Source of the DNA: Christensenella sp.
GTDB taxonomy: Bacteria; Bacillota; Clostridia; Christensenellales; UBA3700
NCBI GenBank assembly: GCA_022784465.1
Contig: JALFUR010000010.1
Coordinates: forward strand, 256,856-320,855
DNA length: 64,000 nucleotides
Reading direction: 5' to 3'
The notes beneath the pieces are model-generated. The model had not been told where the DNA came from. It ran no database searches and saw nothing but the letters and a program-made list of their open reading frames with translations. The stretch's first letter is position 1. Each line of letters starts with the position of its first letter. Below, in pieces: positions 62,634 to 64,000 of this stretch. The translations under genes were made by a program, and so were the position numbers.

Positions 62634-64000
62634 TATCTTTTCCCTTGTATTCTAGCTAGCGCATCTTCTCTCATTTTATATTTTAGAATTTTTCCGGCTA
62701 CATTCATTGGGAATGCATCAGTAAATTCAAAATATCTAGGAATTTTATGTTTTGCTATTCTCGTTGACATATATTCTCTAAGCTCTTCTTCTGTTAATTC
62801 GCTTCCCTCTTGTGAAATGACAAAAGCATATGCCTCTTCGCCATATTTTTCATCAGGAACTCCTACAACTTGTACATCTTTAACCTTTGGATGAGTATAT
62901 ATAAAATCTTCAATTTCCTTTGGATATAAATTTTCTCCACCACGGATAATCATATCCTTTAATCTACCAGTAATTTTATAATTTCCATCTGGTCTTCTTA
63001 ATGTCAAATCTCCTGTATGTAACCATCCTTCTGAATCTATTACTTTTGCTGTTTCTTCAGGTAGTTTATAATATCCTTTCATGATATTATACCCTCTTGC
63101 TACAAATTCACCAACAACATTATCTCCAACTTTTTCATTTGTTTCTGGATTTACAACATCACACTCAATGCAAGGAAGTGGACCGCCAACAGTCTCTACT
63201 CTAACTTCAACAGAATCCTGAGTGCTACTCATTGTGCAACCAGGAGACGCTTCTGTTTGGCCATAAACTATTGTTATTTCTTTCATGTTCATCTTGTTTA
63301 GCACTTCATTCATTACAGGAACAGGACAAGGACTACCTGCCATAATTCCAGTTCTTACATGAGAAAAATCTGTAACTGCAAAATCTTCATGATTAAGCAT
63401 AGCAATAAACATTGTTGGAACACCATGAAAACAAGTGATTTTTTTATCATTTACACACTTTAAAGAATTCTTTGCTCTAAAAGTAGATAACGGATACAAA
63501 GATACTCCGTGAGTAATTGCAGCCGTCATAGCTAAAACCATTCCAAAACAGTGGAACATTGGAACTTGAATCATCATTCTATCTTCTGTAGATAAATCCA
63601 TTCTATCCCCAATGTTTTTTCCGTTATTTACAACATTAAAATGTGTTAACATTACGCCTTTAGGAAAGCCTGTTGTACCCGATGTATATTGCATATTACA
63701 CACATCGTGAACATCAATATTTGCGGCACGCTTATATACTTCATTAATGTCAACGTTTTTAGATAATTTCATCGCCTCATCAAATGAATAACATCCTGGC
63801 ATATTAAAACCAACGGTTATAACATTTCTTAAAAATGGCAATTTCTTTGCGTGTAATTCTTGTCCTTTTTCATTATTTGCAAGCTCTGGGCACAATTCAT
63901 TTATAATGCCAGCATAATCTGAATCTCTATATCCTTGTGTAATAACAACAGTATGAGTATCTGATTGTCTTAACAAAAACTCTGCTTCGTGACTTTTATA
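62633..64000 (-). CDS. AMP-dependent acyl-CoA ligase (long/medium-chain fatty-acid-CoA ligase-like); N-terminus beyond the right edge
   Basis: QYTSGTTGFPKGVMLTH AMP-binding box, YGQTE, TGD and GKILK. The frame stays open upstream of the track's Met to nt 64000 (..YKSHEAEFLLRQSD). Confidence 0.85.
   Translation of the reverse strand, partial: YKSHEAEFLLRQSDTHTVVITQGYRDSDYAGIINELCPELANNEKGQELHAKKLPFLRNVITVGFNMPGCYSFDEAMKLSKNVDINEVYKRAANIDVHDVCNMQYTSGTTGFPKGVMLTHFNVVNNGKNIGDRMDLSTEDRMMIQVPMFHCFGMVLAMTAAITHGVSLYPLSTFRAKNSLKCVNDKKITCFHGVPTMFIAMLNHEDFAVTDFSHVRTGIMAGSPCPVPVMNEVLNKMNMKEITIVYGQTEASPGCTMSSTQDSVEVRVETVGGPLPCIECDVVNPETNEKVGDNVVGEFVARGYNIMKGYYKLPEETAKVIDSEGWLHTGDLTLRRPDGNYKITGRLKDMIIRGGENLYPKEIEDFIYTHPKVKDVQVVGVPDEKYGEEAYAFVISQEGSELTEEELREYMSTRIAKHKIPRYFEFTDAFPMNVAGKILKYKMREDALARIQGKR

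Noticed and set aside
1-64000. Alternative genetic code (UGA=Trp, Mollicutes-like), considered because of the very low G+C
   Set aside because: Conserved enzymes (LeuS, SerS, GltX, Pgk, GpmI) are full length with TGG for Trp. TGA functions as a stop, for example at 18318..18320, where it overlaps the next gene's GTG start.
1-64000. CRISPR arrays, transposases/integrases, prophage modules, rRNA operons
   Set aside because: No regularly spaced direct repeats, no DDE/tyrosine-recombinase-like ORFs, and no rRNA-like sequence were seen. The only repeats are the 29-mer pair and the hairpin-element pair.

Overview
AT-rich (roughly one-third G+C by eye) chromosome segment that uses the standard genetic code. 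It looks Firmicutes-type: spo0A and a cwlD-like amidase are present, with AGGAG-type RBSs and hairpin plus T-tract terminators.

The left 27.7 kb is an accessory cell-surface island, entirely on the minus strand:
- (i) An uninterrupted reading frame of about 17.4 kb (1..17444). It is NOT in the supplied ORF track because its stop lies beyond the left edge. It encodes a giant (>=5,814 aa) signal-peptide-bearing adhesin built from GLUG-type beta-helix cassettes and YDG/MBG-like repeats.
- (ii) A tightly packed operon (17704..25405). It contains two SipW-type (archaeal/ER-type) signal peptidases and four small proteins with SipW/TasA-class signal peptides. It also contains a membrane-anchored McrB-family AAA+ NTPase with a nuclease-less McrC/DUF2357-like partner.
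- (iii) A separately promoted and terminated TasA/camelysin-like candidate major subunit (25523..26449).
- (iv) A degenerate EAL-domain protein (26604..27734).

I consider (ii)-(iv) the candidate undescribed system: a TasA/SipW-type fibre locus coupled to an McrBC-derived, membrane-tethered NTPase module.

The remaining 36 kb is mostly housekeeping: leuS, serS, spo0A, tRNA-Ser(UGA), gpmI-tpiA-pgk, ung, Fe-ADH, rluA-family, cwlD, rpsF-ssb-rpsR and gltX. It also holds an M20 peptidase and a 2-oxoacid:ferredoxin oxidoreductase operon flanked by two acyl-CoA synthetases.

Non-coding signals worth attention:
- a DnaA-box cluster with a Spo0A box upstream of cwlD;
- tandem 0A boxes upstream of the spo0A region;
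- a 29-bp exact repeat upstream of two highly expressed operons;
- a ~46-nt hairpin element with compensatory changes immediately upstream of serS and a SIS-domain gene.

No CRISPR array, transposase, integrase or rRNA was seen.
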